From Desulfobulbus propionicus (GTDB taxonomy: Bacteria > Desulfobacterota > Dissulfuribacteria > Dissulfuribacterales > DYOW01): DNA of 44,245 bases. Shown piece by piece: positions 16,595 to 25,894 of the stretch. The notes beneath the pieces were generated by a model. That model saw only the letters and a program-made list of their open reading frames with translations. It searched no databases and was not told where the DNA came from. The DNA is taken from assembly GCA_020720325.1 (NCBI GenBank), contig DYOW01000006.1, positions 1-44,245 of the forward strand, given 5' to 3'. Positions within the stretch are counted from its first letter, which is position 1. Each line of letters begins with the position of its first letter. Position numbers and translations under genes: made by a program.

Positions 16595-18712
16595 ATGGAC
16601 CCAAAAGAAAAAATTATAGACGAGTTGGTAAGGGATATATCACATATCAGGAGCGAGCATGTTATATCCTTTGGAATAGTCTTAAAGCTTACGGAAATAG
16701 CAACAAAAAATCTTTCATTAAAACAATTTTGTGATGAGATTATTGATGTGATTATTAAAGAAAAAGATTTTGACAACTCTTCCCTGATGCTTTATGACGA
16801 TGAAACAGATTCCTTAAATTTAACTTCCGCATCAGGCAGTTCTGCAATTATGATGATAGAACTTGATGATATAACACAGTTAAATTTTAATAAAAAATTA
16901 TTTTTCTCCAGAGATGATTCTATTGCCTGGAAGGCCTTTGAATCTCAGGAACCTTTTTTTATTGAAGATGTTATAGATAATCCTTTATTTAAAAAATATG
17001 ATTCTATTGTGCAGATTGGTTCTTTGTTCTGTCTTCCACTAGGACAAAAAGGTGTTTTAAATTTAAGCTATTCAACTTCAAAAAAGCTTTCAACATATCA
17101 AAAACGAGATCTTATAATAATCGCCCAGCTTATTCAAAAATTACTATCACTTAATAGTTTTGTAGAAAGATTAAGTTCATCACACCATCTTATTCAATCT
17201 CTTATTGAAGGAAAAAAGCTCGATTTACGTCAGATATCCCAAAAGGATTTTGAAAATTTCTGGGGACTTGAGGCAGCTCTCTTATATGCCCCCCAGGGAA
17301 TCGCTTTAATAGAAGACGAGATAATAACACTTATAAATCCAAGCCTTATAAATCTTTTAAATGAAAAATCAAACTTCGTAGGAATGAATATACACCATAC
17401 CTGTCTCAATCACATCTATCATTCACTTTTGGATTCAGAAGAATCGGATTTTGTGCATCAAAAAGAATTTCAGTTAAATATTCATCCTGATAAAATTATT
17501 TTTGTTGAAGCCTTTCTTCATTTATTGTTAAACTCAACAACACAAAAAAGCTCTTATCTGCTTTTTCTCCATGATATTACTCATCAGAAAGAAATAACCA
17601 AAAGACTTATTGAACTTGAGAAAAAGGAGATATTTTCCGAGCTTAGCAATGGTTTTGCCCATCACTTTAATAATATTCTTGCCGTTGTTATTGCAAATAT
17701 AGAGATGTCATTACGTGACACAAACATTGAATCTATTAAGAAAAGATTAACAAAGATTATTGATCCAATTGGTTATGCCCAAAATTTAATAAAAAATATT
17801 CAGCTTATTTCCACCCAAAGCTATCTTGATTATAATGATAATACTTATTTAACCAATTCAAATGAATTTCTTGATGAGATTATATCCATTACAAGCGTAA
17901 AATGGCTTGATGAAGCCTTTAAGTCCGGCAAAAATATTGAATTTATAAGACAATATAGCGACCTCAAGCCTGTCAAAATACATCCGGATCACTTAAGGAG
18001 TGTTCTTATTAATCTTATCATTAATGCTGTTGATGCCATCCCCAAAAATGGGATAATTACCATAAAAACATATTCCCAAAATGACCATGCAGTTTTTGAG
18101 ATTATTGACAATGGCGCTGGTATAAATCATGATGAACTGGAAAAGATTTTTAGTCCTTTTTATACAACCAAGGGCATGAAAAGCAGTGGCCTTGGTTTAA
18201 CTGTTTCGAAGGAGATAATTAATGGTTTTGCCGGAGAATTAATCCTTGAAAGCGCCAAAGATGTAGGAACAATAGCCAGGGTTATCCTGCCATATGTTAA
18301 AGAAATAGTTGAAGATAAAATAAAGGTTATACAACAAAATGATATTGAATTAAACAAAATAAAGATTTTATATGTTGATGATGAAGAAGGAATTGTTGAA
18401 ACTATATCTGAAATGTTTGAACTGGACGGATTTAATATTGTCACAACATCATCAAGCTATCAGGCAATAGAAATCATGAATAATACCAATATTGATATTC
18501 TTATAACAGATTTGGGCATGCCTGGAATGAACGGATGGGAGATAGCTTCTCATTGTAAGAAAAAAAATCCTGATTCCTATATAATTCTTGCAACAGGCTG
18601 GGGAAATCAGCTTGAAAATGATTTTAAATCCAAAGGAATTAATTGTGTCCTTCCTAAGCCATATAAGTATGAACAGCTAAAAACTTTGATTTTAGAATCA
18701 GGAAAATTTTAA
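16595..18712 (+). CDS. Cytoplasmic hybrid histidine kinase (GAF, PAS-like, HisKA, HATPase, REC)
   Basis: SLMLYD...SLFCLPL GAF; H-box AHHFNN; NLIINAVDA, DNGAG, PFYTTK, GLGL; receiver VDDE...DLGMP...KP. Confidence 0.88.
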   Translation: MDPKEKIIDELVRDISHIRSEHVISFGIVLKLTEIATKNLSLKQFCDEIIDVIIKEKDFDNSSLMLYDDETDSLNLTSASGSSAIMMIELDDITQLNFNKKLFFSRDDSIAWKAFESQEPFFIEDVIDNPLFKKYDSIVQIGSLFCLPLGQKGVLNLSYSTSKKLSTYQKRDLIIIAQLIQKLLSLNSFVERLSSSHHLIQSLIEGKKLDLRQISQKDFENFWGLEAALLYAPQGIALIEDEIITLINPSLINLLNEKSNFVGMNIHHTCLNHIYHSLLDSEESDFVHQKEFQLNIHPDKIIFVEAFLHLLLNSTTQKSSYLLFLHDITHQKEITKRLIELEKKEIFSELSNGFAHHFNNILAVVIANIEMSLRDTNIESIKKRLTKIIDPIGYAQNLIKNIQLISTQSYLDYNDNTYLTNSNEFLDEIISITSVKWLDEAFKSGKNIEFIRQYSDLKPVKIHPDHLRSVLINLIINAVDAIPKNGIITIKTYSQNDHAVFEIIDNGAGINHDELEKIFSPFYTTKGMKSSGLGLTVSKEIINGFAGELILESAKDVGTIARVILPYVKEIVEDKIKVIQQNDIELNKIKILYVDDEEGIVETISEMFELDGFNIVTTSSSYQAIEIMNNTNIDILITDLGMPGMNGWEIASHCKKKNPDSYIILATGWGNQLENDFKSKGINCVLPKPYKYEQLKTLILESGKF

Positions 18713-18768
18713 TTTTATTCAGTTTTTATTAATTATTTATAATATTTTTAATATTTAAGGAGATTTTG

Positions 18769-20061
18769 ATGACCCTCAGGGAAGTTGCGATTAAAAATGA
18801 AAAAAATAAAATATTTGATGCTATTTGCAGTTATGAAGATATATCATTGGAAGAATTGATAAAAAATCTCTCAAAAGGATATGTTGTTATCCCCCACAAT
18901 AAAAATAGCAATCTTAAAAGACCATATGCAGTGGGAAAAGGGTTAAAGACCAAGATTAATGCAAATATCGGTTCATCCAAGGGTTTGCCAAGCCTTGAAA
19001 ATGAATTGAAAAAATTAAAAATTGCCCTTGAAAACGGAGCTCACGCAATTATGGATCTTTCAACCGGCGGTGATATCAATGAAATAAGAAAAGCTATTCG
19101 TGAAAATTGTGATGTTCCCCTGGGCACTGTTCCTATTTATCAGGTAGCTGTGGAATCTGTTGAAAAAAAAATAGATATAATAAATATGTCTGTTGATCAT
19201 ATGTTCGAAACTATTTTGCAACAGGCAGAAGAAGGCATTGATTTTATGACCATACATGCCGGTCTTACCCTTGAATCAGTAAAAAGACTTAAAAATTCCA
19301 AAAGAATTATGGGAGTTGTCAGCAGAGGCGGCTCTTTATTGCTTAACTGGATGACCTATAACAATAAAGAAAATCCTTTTTATGAACATTTTGACAGATT
19401 GCTTGATATTGCCAGAGAGCATGATGTGACACTAAGCCTTGGTGATGGTTTAAGACCTGGTTGCATTGAAGATGCCAGTGATGCAGCGCAATTCCATGAG
19501 CTTATAATTCTTGGAGAACTAACTTTAAGGGCCTGGGATAAAGATGTTCAGGTTATGATTGAAGGACCCGGACATATGCCAATGGATCAAATACCAGCAA
19601 ATATGATATTACAGAAGAAATTATGTCATGGCGCCCCTTTTTATGTGCTTGGTCCACTTGTGACAGACATTGCGCCTGGTTATGACCATATAACAAGCGC
19701 GATTGGCGGAGCTATTGCGGCTGCAAATGGAGCTGATTTTCTTTGTTATGTAACACCTGCTGAACATCTTAAGCTTCCGTCTGAAGATGATGTAAAAGAA
19801 GGTGTGATTGCCGCAAGAATTGCTGCCCATGCAGCGGATATTGTCAAAGGAATTCCTTCAGCCAGAGAAAAGGACAAAAAGATGTCTGAGGCAAGACATA
19901 ACCTTAACTGGCAGGAACAGGTAACTCTCTCCATTGATCCAATAAAGGCAAGTCTTTATCATCATGAATCAGGTAAGTTTGAGGGTGAGACATGCACTAT
20001 GTGCGGTGAATATTGCGCCATAAAACATTATAAAAATGCGATGCAAAATCAGTTAAACTAA
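18769..20061 (+). CDS. thiC: Phosphomethylpyrimidine synthase
   Basis: KINANIG, MDLSTGG, VSRGG, SLGDGLRPG, EGPGH, YVTPAEH and C-terminal CTMCGEYC cluster motif; AAGGAG RBS. Confidence 0.97.
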   Translation: MTLREVAIKNEKNKIFDAICSYEDISLEELIKNLSKGYVVIPHNKNSNLKRPYAVGKGLKTKINANIGSSKGLPSLENELKKLKIALENGAHAIMDLSTGGDINEIRKAIRENCDVPLGTVPIYQVAVESVEKKIDIINMSVDHMFETILQQAEEGIDFMTIHAGLTLESVKRLKNSKRIMGVVSRGGSLLLNWMTYNNKENPFYEHFDRLLDIAREHDVTLSLGDGLRPGCIEDASDAAQFHELIILGELTLRAWDKDVQVMIEGPGHMPMDQIPANMILQKKLCHGAPFYVLGPLVTDIAPGYDHITSAIGGAIAAANGADFLCYVTPAEHLKLPSEDDVKEGVIAARIAAHAADIVKGIPSAREKDKKMSEARHNLNWQEQVTLSIDPIKASLYHHESGKFEGETCTMCGEYCAIKHYKNAMQNQLN

Positions 20062-20087
20062 ACAGTTTTTTTAATTATTAAAAATTT

Positions 20088-21440
20088 ATGAAAAAGATTT
20101 TAACAATAGCAGGTTCTGATTCCGGCGGTGGAGCAGGCATCCAACAAGACCTAAAGGTTTTCTCAATTCTTGGTTCTTTTGGCTGTTCAGTTGTCACTGC
20201 CCTAACCGCCCAGAATACCAAAGGTGTCTTTGGAATATATGAAATATCTCCTGAATTTATTGAAAATCAACTTAAATGTGTTCTTGATGACATTCGTCCT
20301 GACACCATTAAAACAGGGATGCTTTTTAGTTCAGAAATAATTATGACACTTGTTAAAGTCCTTAAAAATTATCCCCATATCCCCCTCATTGTTGACCCTG
20401 TTATGATTGCAAAAGGAGGCGAGGACCTTCTAAAGCCTAATTCTGTTTCCTCTATGAAAGATTATTTATTACCAATAGCAAATGTTATTACTCCAAATAT
20501 CCCTGAAGCAGAGGCATTAACTGGCAACAAAATAACCAATCTTTCTGAAATGAAAGAAGCTGCCTTAATTTTATTAAAAATGATAAAAAAGTCTCACATT
20601 TCAGGTGTTGTAATAAAGGGAGGTCACCTTGAAGATACGGAATCGCCAGATTTAATCACAACATCACAAGATTTCGCTATACTTGAATCCAAAAGAATAA
20701 AAAAAACAAATACACATGGCACTGGCTGCACTTTTTCCGCAGGTTTGGCACATTATATTGGATCAGGTTTAAGTCTTTTTGAATCTGCAAGATATGCAAA
20801 GGAACTGGTTTCAGATGCTATTAAATATTCTGTTACAATAGGAGACGGCATTGGACCAACTAATCCTTACGCACATCTTGAAATTAAATATCAAAGAAAT
20901 CAGATTTTGGAGATGTTGGATAGGGCAATAAATATTCTTAAATCATACAGGTCAGGCATTCTTATCCCTGAAATACAGTCAAATTTAGGTTATGCCCTTA
21001 TTAAGGCTGAAAAAACCACTGATGTGGCTGCATTTCCTGGCAGGATTATAAGACTTAACGATGATATCCGCACTGTATCAAACCCTGCTTTTGGCGCTTC
21101 TTCACACATAGCAAGGATAATTTTAACTGTTATGAAAAAAGACCCTGAGTACAGGTCTGCAATGAATATCAGATTTAATATGGATTTAATAGATAATGCC
21201 ATCAGAAAAAATTATATTGTAGCGCATTTTAACAGGGAGTTTGAACCAGAGGATATTAAAACCAGAGAAGGATCTACATTAAATTGGGGCATAGAAAGCG
21301 CCTTGAACACGACCAATACTATCCCTGATTTTATTTATGATACTGGCGGTTTGGGAAAAGAGCCTGTTATAAGAGTTCTTGGTAAAGAGCCAATTGAAGT
21401 TGTAGGCAAGGCTCTCATTATTTCAGGTTTATGGAAGTAA
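20088..21440 (+). CDS. thiD: Bifunctional HMP/HMP-P kinase fused to ThiN-type thiamine-phosphate synthase domain (ThiDN)
   Basis: TIAGSDSGGGAGIQ, VDPVM, THGTGC; C-terminal LIPEIQSN, AFPGRI, FGASSH, SAMNIRF, GLGKEP ThiN motifs. Confidence 0.92.
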   Translation: MKKILTIAGSDSGGGAGIQQDLKVFSILGSFGCSVVTALTAQNTKGVFGIYEISPEFIENQLKCVLDDIRPDTIKTGMLFSSEIIMTLVKVLKNYPHIPLIVDPVMIAKGGEDLLKPNSVSSMKDYLLPIANVITPNIPEAEALTGNKITNLSEMKEAALILLKMIKKSHISGVVIKGGHLEDTESPDLITTSQDFAILESKRIKKTNTHGTGCTFSAGLAHYIGSGLSLFESARYAKELVSDAIKYSVTIGDGIGPTNPYAHLEIKYQRNQILEMLDRAINILKSYRSGILIPEIQSNLGYALIKAEKTTDVAAFPGRIIRLNDDIRTVSNPAFGASSHIARIILTVMKKDPEYRSAMNIRFNMDLIDNAIRKNYIVAHFNREFEPEDIKTREGSTLNWGIESALNTTNTIPDFIYDTGGLGKEPVIRVLGKEPIEVVGKALIISGLWK

Positions 21441-22855
21441 ATAAATTGGAATTTTTAACCAATCAATTAACAGATATTGTATTTAATCTATATAAAAGAG
21501 TTGTAATAAACCTTCCATCATCATATTTAGAAAAATTTGCTGATATTTCCAATAAAGAAACAAACGAAACTGCAATTTTTATCTTTGATGTTTTAAAAAA
21601 AAATATAGAAATCGCTCGTGACAAGAATATTCCAATTTGTCAGGATACTGGTATTCCGGTTTTTTTTATTGAAATTGGTCAGGATTTAAAAATAATTGGA
21701 GATATAGAAGCCGCAATTAATGATGGAGTAAAAAAAGCCTGTGTGGATGGTTTTATAAGGGCTTCTGTTTGTGACCCATTAACAAGAAAAAATACCCTTT
21801 CAAATACCCCTTCAGTTATTCATACAAAACTTGTAAAAGGTAATATTTTTCGTATATCACTTGTGCCTAAAGGATGCGGCAGTGAAAACATGAGCGCAAT
21901 ATCCATGCTTTCGCCATCACAGGGAGAAGAAGGTATAATATCTTTTATTCTTAATCAGGTAAAAAAGGCAGGCCCAAATCCTTGCCCCCCTATGTTTTTA
22001 GGTGTTGGAATTGGCGGCACATTGGAAGAGGCTGCTATGCTTTCTAAAAAAGCCTTGATTTTTGATAATAAAAAATCTATATCTCCTCATTTTGAATTAG
22101 AAAAAAGAATATTTCAAGAGATTAATAAACTTCATATTGGGCCAATGGGGTTAGGTGGTGATTATACCTGTTCGGGTGTAAAGGTGTTAACATCGCCATG
22201 TCATATAGCAAGTCTTCCGGTGTCTGTAAATATTCAATGTCATGCAGCCCGTTCAATTACTGCAGAATGGAAAGATGACAAATGGGTTATTCTTGATGAT
22301 GATAAAAGTCTATCTGTTATTCCCAGCAAAAAAATGCCCGTTTCATTAAAAATGAAATCAATTGAGTTACCTCTTGATCTAAAAAAATTAAGCGATTTTA
22401 ATCCGGGTGAATGGGTTTTGCTAAGCGGTGAATTAATAACAGCGAGGGATCAGACTCTAATGAAACTTTTTAATGACATGGATAACAACATAACCATTCC
22501 TTATGATTTTAGAAATTCCACAATTTATCTAACAGGTCCAAGTCCTGCGCAATCAGGAAATATTATTGGTTCATGCGGCCCAACATCAAGTTACAGAATG
22601 AAACCATTTATAGAAAGACTTATTAATGTTGGTGTCTTATCCTTAATTGGCAAAGGTTTTTCTCCTGTTATTTCAAAGGGTATGGTATATTTCGCAACAA
22701 TTGGCGGAGCTGGCGCATATTTATCTGAAAAAATTGTTTCATGTGAAACAATTGCTTATAGCGAATTAGGACCCGAAGCCATATTAAAATTGCAAATTAA
22801 GGATTTTCCTGTGGTTGTCATACATAGTCTTGATGGCAGAGATTTATACGTTTGA
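21431..22855 (+). CDS. Class I Fe-S fumarate hydratase / tartrate dehydratase family, alpha+beta domains in one chain
   Basis: CQDTG, KGCGSEN, NPCPP, CHIAS, QCHAAR in the N-domain; TARD, GPTSS, IGKG, LGPEA in the C-domain. Confidence 0.88.
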   Translation: MEVNKLEFLTNQLTDIVFNLYKRVVINLPSSYLEKFADISNKETNETAIFIFDVLKKNIEIARDKNIPICQDTGIPVFFIEIGQDLKIIGDIEAAINDGVKKACVDGFIRASVCDPLTRKNTLSNTPSVIHTKLVKGNIFRISLVPKGCGSENMSAISMLSPSQGEEGIISFILNQVKKAGPNPCPPMFLGVGIGGTLEEAAMLSKKALIFDNKKSISPHFELEKRIFQEINKLHIGPMGLGGDYTCSGVKVLTSPCHIASLPVSVNIQCHAARSITAEWKDDKWVILDDDKSLSVIPSKKMPVSLKMKSIELPLDLKKLSDFNPGEWVLLSGELITARDQTLMKLFNDMDNNITIPYDFRNSTIYLTGPSPAQSGNIIGSCGPTSSYRMKPFIERLINVGVLSLIGKGFSPVISKGMVYFATIGGAGAYLSEKIVSCETIAYSELGPEAILKLQIKDFPVVVIHSLDGRDLYV

Positions 22856-23038
22856 TAACAATCTATCGCTTTGCCTGAATGTTCATAGTTTAAGTTTTAG
22901 TTGAAATATCTTATTTTATTAATTTTATTTGTAAATTTTTAATTATATTTATTTAATTTGTGCAAAATTGTAATTAAAGATAGTATTTTTGTAAAAATGG
23001 TTTATAATTAATTTTGATACAGAATTAAGGGGGGTTTT

Positions 23039-23527
23039 ATGTTTGCTATTGGCGATCTGGCAGTATATCCTGCACATGGCGTTGGACGAATTGAAGCTAT
23101 TGAACAAAAACAATTTGATGGCAAGATTCATGCCTTTTATGTAATGCGTATCCTTAATAATGACATGAAGATTATGATACCCCAAAAAAATACTCAAAAT
23201 GTTGGTCTTAGGCACATTATAGAGGAAAGAGAAATTTTTAAGATTTATGACCTTTTAAAAGACCAACAAATAGATTTTACTCCCAAAACCTGGAACAGAA
23301 GATACAGGGAATATATGGATAAAATTAAGACCGGTTCTGTTTATGAACTTGCGGTTGTAATAAGAGACATGTATCTTCGCCAGAGAGAAAAAAGCCTTTC
23401 ATTTGGAGAGAAAAAAATGTTGGAGACTGCTTTATCCCTGCTTGTAAAGGAGATTTCTCTTGCAAGAGGCGATACAGAAAAAATTGTTTTTTCAGAGATA
23501 GAAAGTTTTTTTAAATTTACCCATTAA
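23039..23527 (+). CDS. carD: CarD-family transcriptional regulator
   Basis: FAIGDLAVYPAHGVG, VGLR, TWNRRYR, LSFGEKKML motifs. Confidence 0.95.
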   Translation: MFAIGDLAVYPAHGVGRIEAIEQKQFDGKIHAFYVMRILNNDMKIMIPQKNTQNVGLRHIIEEREIFKIYDLLKDQQIDFTPKTWNRRYREYMDKIKTGSVYELAVVIRDMYLRQREKSLSFGEKKMLETALSLLVKEISLARGDTEKIVFSEIESFFKFTH

Positions 23528-23539
23528 GAAACTGATTTT

Positions 23540-24496
23540 TTGGCTGAAAGATTTTTAGAATTTATTGTAAGCGACGTTGATACAAATAAAAGGTTAGACA
23601 TCTATCTTTCTCAAAATATTCCTGATTTATCAAGAAACAGAGTTCAAAGCCTGATTGAAGATGGGTATGTCCGTGTAAATGAAAAAACAAATAATATTCC
23701 TTCTTCAAAGGTAAAAGAACAAACAAAAATAGATATTAAAATTCCAGCGCCTGTGACATCTGAGTTGGCGCCCGCTGAAATTCCTCTTGATATCCGTTAC
23801 GAAGACCCTCATCTATTAGTTATAAATAAACCTGCCGGAATGGTTGTTCACCCTGGAGCTGGTAAGGAAGAAAATACCCTTGTTAATGCATTGCTTTTTT
23901 ATTGTAAAGATTTGTCAGGAATTGGCGGGATTGAAAGACCTGGAATAGTCCACAGATTAGACAAAGATACAACAGGACTTTTAATTGTTGCAAAGGATGA
24001 TATTACCCATAGGGAGCTATCCAAAAATTTTAAGGAACGAACAATCCAAAAGACCTATTATACGATTACACATGGGATTCCCGCAAGCAAGGAAGGAGTG
24101 ATAAAGAGCTCCATTGGCCGTCACCTTGTTCATAGAAAAAAAATGTGTGTTTCAGAAAAAAATTCAAGGGATGCAATAACTATTTGGCGGGCATTAGAGT
24201 TATTTAAAAAATCGTCATTTTTGGAAATTGATCTGAAAACCGGCAGAACACACCAGATAAGGGTCCATTTAAGTTCAACAGGTCATGCTATTCTGGGAGA
24301 TGTCTTATATGGCGGTCAGAAAAAAATAATCATTAATGGAAATGAAATTGATATAAAAAGATGTATGCTCCATGCGGGAAGATTAATTTTTACACATCCT
24401 CTTAATAATAAAATTATTGAAATAAAGGCGGAACTACCTGATGATATGCAAAATATTTTGTATTTATTAAGACATGAAAGTCAAAGTAAAGCCTGA
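23540..24496 (+). CDS. rluD: RluA-family 23S rRNA pseudouridine synthase (RluD-like, with S4 domain)
   Basis: RLDIYL...SRNRVQ S4, INKPAGMVVHP, GIVHRLDKDTTG, TGRTHQIRVH, LHA. Confidence 0.9.
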   Translation: MAERFLEFIVSDVDTNKRLDIYLSQNIPDLSRNRVQSLIEDGYVRVNEKTNNIPSSKVKEQTKIDIKIPAPVTSELAPAEIPLDIRYEDPHLLVINKPAGMVVHPGAGKEENTLVNALLFYCKDLSGIGGIERPGIVHRLDKDTTGLLIVAKDDITHRELSKNFKERTIQKTYYTITHGIPASKEGVIKSSIGRHLVHRKKMCVSEKNSRDAITIWRALELFKKSSFLEIDLKTGRTHQIRVHLSSTGHAILGDVLYGGQKKIIINGNEIDIKRCMLHAGRLIFTHPLNNKIIEIKAELPDDMQNILYLLRHESQSKA

Positions 24497-24523
24497 TTGA
24501 GACAAGTGTAAGGCTCAAAGATC

Positions 24524-25894
24524 CTAATGGGGCATAAGATACAGATAAATACTAAGAACTATAAAAATAAAGGCATATGAGGCATAGGCTCCAGCTTTAG
24601 ATATGAGACCTGAAAAATCATCGGCAATAAAGCGGTAAAGAACATAAAAAGATGCCGCAGCGCTGGTTACCAAAATAAATACATCAAGAAAATTTATAAA
24701 GAAATCGGGCAAATCAATGGCAATCTGACCAACAGGAATAGCAAACTGTCTTTGAAGGGTTGGAAAAAAATCCGGAAGTTTCTCAAAAAAATAGTTTATT
24801 CTGATTAATAACTCACCGCCAAAAGATAATGGAACCAAAATGGGAACAAAGGGAGAAAAGCTTCCAAATGTCTCATCCTCAGTCATACCAAAAACATCAC
24901 CGCCAATCCTTATAATCATCAGGATAAATAAGTAAGCAGCAAAGAATAGCACAGAAAAATATATAACCTGACACAAAAGTAAACCGTCGCAGGTAACATA
25001 ATCTTTTAAGAATTTATCCTGCAAAAGCCTTGCTATTTGCGAACCCATAAAAAATGGGATAATGTGGGAACAGGTTATAAAGCGTCCCTTGTTTCTTACA
25101 AGTTCTTCAAATGGGCTTCTGAAGTTTAACATGGGGGAATCCCTGTCGCAAAGTTTTACACAATGACCGCATACAAGACATTCAAGATTGTTTCTTACAT
25201 TAAATGCTCCCAGATAAACCGGACAGCCGGCAGCTTGGGAATTTCCTTTTTTACAGGCAAATGAAGCGCACCCTTTACATTTTTCATGATCAGGGCGGAA
25301 TTCAAGAAAGGACATTGTGGCGCCTGTTCCGATTATCCTTCCCATAGGACATAAATACCGACACCAAGCCTGTTTCTGAAAAATCATTGCCATAAGGGTA
25401 GCCCCAGCAAGGATAAATAACATCAAAATGGCAGTAAGGCGTGGTGATTCCTTGAATTCAAGGGATTCTTCAAAAAAAATTATCAGTATAAAAAGCAAAA
25501 CCGAAATATAAATGCCATTATTTATAAGATATTTGGGCACAGGAAGATTAAGGGAGATATTAAAATGTTGCAATAACCTTCCAAGTCCGGGAAAAGGACA
25601 AAAACCGCACCACATCCTGCTAAAAAAAAACCATCCAATAACAATACTTGGCCACCATATCCCCCATGATAAAAAGATAATAATATTTTCGTTGGGATTT
25701 TGTGGACCAAAAAGTCCAAATATAATTATAAAAAGGAAAATAAAATCACCAAATGTTCTTAATAATCTGTGAAGTTTTCTTTGTTTGAAAAATTTTTTTA
25801 TAGAAGGAAAAACTTCAAAAAGGTTAATTTTTTCATCAGGAAGTTTATCAAAGGCTATTAATATAAATTTTTTTAAAAAAGTATAAAATTTCAT
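24524..25894 (-). CDS. Membrane 4Fe-4S binding protein (NapH/MauN/YccM-like)
   Basis: Multiple TMs; RMWCGFCP, WCRYLCPMG, CKGC...C, CLVCGHCVKLC motifs. Confidence 0.82.
   Translation of the reverse strand: MKFYTFLKKFILIAFDKLPDEKINLFEVFPSIKKFFKQRKLHRLLRTFGDFIFLFIIIFGLFGPQNPNENIIIFLSWGIWWPSIVIGWFFFSRMWCGFCPFPGLGRLLQHFNISLNLPVPKYLINNGIYISVLLFILIIFFEESLEFKESPRLTAILMLFILAGATLMAMIFQKQAWCRYLCPMGRIIGTGATMSFLEFRPDHEKCKGCASFACKKGNSQAAGCPVYLGAFNVRNNLECLVCGHCVKLCDRDSPMLNFRSPFEELVRNKGRFITCSHIIPFFMGSQIARLLQDKFLKDYVTCDGLLLCQVIYFSVLFFAAYLFILMIIRIGGDVFGMTEDETFGSFSPFVPILVPLSFGGELLIRINYFFEKLPDFFPTLQRQFAIPVGQIAIDLPDFFINFLDVFILVTSAAASFYVLYRFIADDFSGLISKAGAYASYAFIFIVLSIYLYLMPH

Noticed and set aside
18713-18768. 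TPP riboswitch upstream of thiC
   Set aside because: Region is too short, nearly all A/T, and has no aptamer-like sequence.
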